Part shown: positions 62,026-64,000 of the stretch, one piece after another
Layout of the letters: each line of letters opens with the position of its first letter
Numbering within the stretch: position 1 is the first letter of the stretch
Assembly (NCBI GenBank): GCA_008015635.1
Contig: SSFX01000036.1
Coordinates: 6,603 to 70,602 of the forward strand
DNA from: Nitrosomonas oligotropha
Lineage (GTDB): Bacteria; Pseudomonadota; Gammaproteobacteria; Burkholderiales; Nitrosomonadaceae
Length of the DNA stretch: 64,000 nucleotides
Direction of reading: 5' to 3'
Position numbers and translations under genes: made by a program
The notes under the pieces: generated by a model
The model's database searches: none
What the model saw: the letters and a program-made list of their open reading frames with translations, nothing else
What the model was told of the DNA's origin: nothing

Positions 62026-62041
62026 TATGAGAAAAGTCACA
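62026..62041. promoter_or_regulatory. CRP/FNR-family box upstream of haloperoxidase gene
   Basis: TATGA-GAAAAG-TCACA, 15/16 identical to 60222-60237. Confidence 0.6.
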
Positions 62042-62400
62042 TGAAATATAAGATAAATATTTCATAAGAAAGGTAATTTTCTGAAATTGTTAATGCTGTG
62101 ATGGCTTAGAAATAAGAAACGCCAATCTGATGACTCGAAGTAAGACAAGCGTGCAGCCTGCGATCAAAATTCCGTCATTGGTGGGGTTGTGATTGCTCTG
62201 CAGATGTTTCAGGAGAGGTACGTTTATCCGAAGCGGTGATTATGGCTAATTCTCGGATAATGCCGGTGATGCGAGCGTATTTGATCGTTTATTTGTATAG
62301 ACTTGAATAAATGCCATAGACTTAGACCGGGCAGATACGATCTATTAGTATGGAGCTAGTTAAGTGACTAATTTAGAGATTATATTTCTTGATAGACTGC

Positions 62401-63531
62401 TCAGATAGTATTCTCCAGATGCACTCTTTTAGAGACAAGACCGCGATTCAGAGCCTCTTGAACAATCAGATCCATCAGATCGGGAGCATTGACACCGATG
62501 TGGCGCCAAGCCATGACAAAAGGAGCCCAGGCAGATAGGCCCGGCATGGTGTTGACTTCGTTCAATATCGGGCCTTGGGGACCCAGGAAACAGTCGATGC
62601 GAGCGATTCCACGCATATCCAATGCACGCCAGACTTTTAGAGCGAAGTCTTGCAGCTTGACGGTATCGGTTTCGTCCAGCCGGGCGGGCACAATGTCGTC
62701 CAAGGCATCAGCGCTATACTTTGCCTCGTAATCGTAGTTATCGGAACGGAGGGTGGATTCCGCTACTGCTGAAATCATTGGCTGGGCTTGGTTGCCGACG
62801 ATGCCGATGCCGTATTCAATGCCCTGAACTTGAGCCTCAATTAGAATGTGGCTATCCCAGTTCAAGCCCGCCTGGATGGCTGGAGCCAGATCTTCGAATC
62901 GCGTGACCCGGCTGAGGCCGATGGAGGAACCGAGCCGGGCGGGTTTGATAAAGAGCGGCAACCCCAAAGGGCGGCAGCGCTCCAGGCAAGCTGCCGGATC
63001 TTTGTTCCAGGCGGCGCTGTCGATGGCGGCCCACGGCGCCACAGCCAACCCTATGGCTTCACAGCACTGCTTGGTCAGGATCTTGTCGATACCCAACGCC
63101 GAACCTTCCAGATTACAACCACCGTATGCTAAGCCTAAGAATTCCAACAGGCCCTGTATGCTGCCATCTTCACCGCCTTGACCGTGAAAGACGGGCAAAA
63201 AAAGCCCCCAATCGCCCAATCCGCCATCCCGGAGGCAGCTGGCGCCGGATGGATGGGCACGATCCTGGAGCCAAGAGCACAGATTATCAGCTGGAGCATG
63301 TTCACCCGGGCCGAAAAAACTGACTTCATTACGAGCAAAGAAAGTGGCAATGGCTTCCTTGCAGGTGGTTGCGGAAGTTGGATGGCCGGTTTCATCAAAA
63401 TAAACGCCACGAACCAGGTAACGCGCCGGGTCTAAGTGGAGCAGGGCGAATAATCCGGATTTAACGCTGACCCAATGCTCGGGGCTTTTTCCACCGAAGA
63501 GAACAGTAATAGGCTGACGGGTGTCGCTCAT
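62401..63531 (-). CDS. D-Ala-D-Ala ligase family ATP-grasp enzyme (atypical)
   Basis: FGGKSPEH.VS..SG, FHGQGGEDG.IQG, DKILTK, FIKPARLGSSIG, YDYEAKY, EVNTMPG. Confidence 0.9.
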   Translation of the reverse strand: MSDTRQPITVLFGGKSPEHWVSVKSGLFALLHLDPARYLVRGVYFDETGHPTSATTCKEAIATFFARNEVSFFGPGEHAPADNLCSWLQDRAHPSGASCLRDGGLGDWGLFLPVFHGQGGEDGSIQGLLEFLGLAYGGCNLEGSALGIDKILTKQCCEAIGLAVAPWAAIDSAAWNKDPAACLERCRPLGLPLFIKPARLGSSIGLSRVTRFEDLAPAIQAGLNWDSHILIEAQVQGIEYGIGIVGNQAQPMISAVAESTLRSDNYDYEAKYSADALDDIVPARLDETDTVKLQDFALKVWRALDMRGIARIDCFLGPQGPILNEVNTMPGLSAWAPFVMAWRHIGVNAPDLMDLIVQEALNRGLVSKRVHLENTI

Positions 63532-64000
63532 AGCCGGTCCTTAAAGCTGATACTAAACTGATTGCGGCGCCGGTGGCGTTCAAGACCGGCCGCCATGATT
63601 TGATCCAACATACCGGATGGAGGCAAGCCAGCCTGATTGAACGCCTGCGCATAAACGCTGTGAGCGCCGAAGCCGGGCATGGTATTGACTTCGTTGATCG
63701 CGATCTGACCATTTTCCCAGAAACAATCGACGCGTGCGCAACCCTCCAAACCCAGAGCCTGCCAGGCAGCCTTGGCCAAATCCTGGAGCTTCTGCGTCTG
63801 AGCGGAATCGAGGCGGGCAGGGATGGCATCCTCTTGGGCCTCAGCGCCGAACTTGGCTTCATAGTCGTAGAAATCGGGATTGAGCGTGTAACCAACAACT
63901 AATGAAACTTGAGGTTCATCCAGACCACAGAGTCCAATACCGTATTCTGGCCAGTTGCATTGAGGTTCCACCAGGGCGCGGCGATCGAGAATCAGAGCTT
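63528..64000 (-). CDS. Second D-Ala-D-Ala ligase family protein, C-terminal part (5' end outside window)
   Basis: FYDYEAKF, ARVDCF, INEVNTMPGF; ATGA overlap with downstream ligase. Confidence 0.85.
   Translation of the reverse strand, partial: ALILDRRALVEPQCNWPEYGIGLCGLDEPQVSLVVGYTLNPDFYDYEAKFGAEAQEDAIPARLDSAQTQKLQDLAKAAWQALGLEGCARVDCFWENGQIAINEVNTMPGFGAHSVYAQAFNQAGLPPSGMLDQIMAAGLERHRRRNQFSISFKDRL

Noticed and set aside
1-64000. Numerous 60-180 aa ORFs antisense or out-of-frame within long genes; rRNA, tRNA and CRISPR arrays
   Set aside because: The shadow ORFs have no motifs and overlap well-supported genes; no RNA-gene or repeat-spacer pattern was seen by eye

Overview
Betaproteobacterial chromosome segment, most consistent with a Nitrosomonas-type ammonia oxidiser (inferred from gene content and the PEP-CTERM style, not proven). 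The left ~28.6 kb is one minus-strand signalling island. It has six TonB-dependent receptor genes (two degraded) and four YfiR/DUF4154 genes (one broken). These flank a hybrid histidine kinase with a YfiN-like periplasmic sensor and two receiver-coupled c-di-GMP enzymes. One yfiR is split by a 2.4-kb IS1595-family element (23995-26404) whose AT-rich passengers are a ~279-aa soluble protein, a 155-aa four-TM protein and a small acidic ORF; this architecture resembles RexAB/Kiwa anti-phage systems. Two IS5-type MITE copies lie at 2778-2891 and 11867-12006. The rest is largely housekeeping or accessory: ABC exporter, TraB, PEP-CTERM protein, hypCDE-hoxX, L,D-transpeptidases around an Lpp/OprI lipoprotein, porin, glycerate kinase-uvrA, MFS-ssb, Fur-boxed hemP-bfr-DUF2325, a J-J-Zn-PilZ protein, a BigR-type sulfur module and a P-type ATPase. 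At the right end are a secreted di-heme MauG-like enzyme and a vanadium haloperoxidase sharing a CRP-like promoter box, then tandem atypical D-Ala-D-Ala ligase genes. No rRNA, tRNA or CRISPR array was seen.
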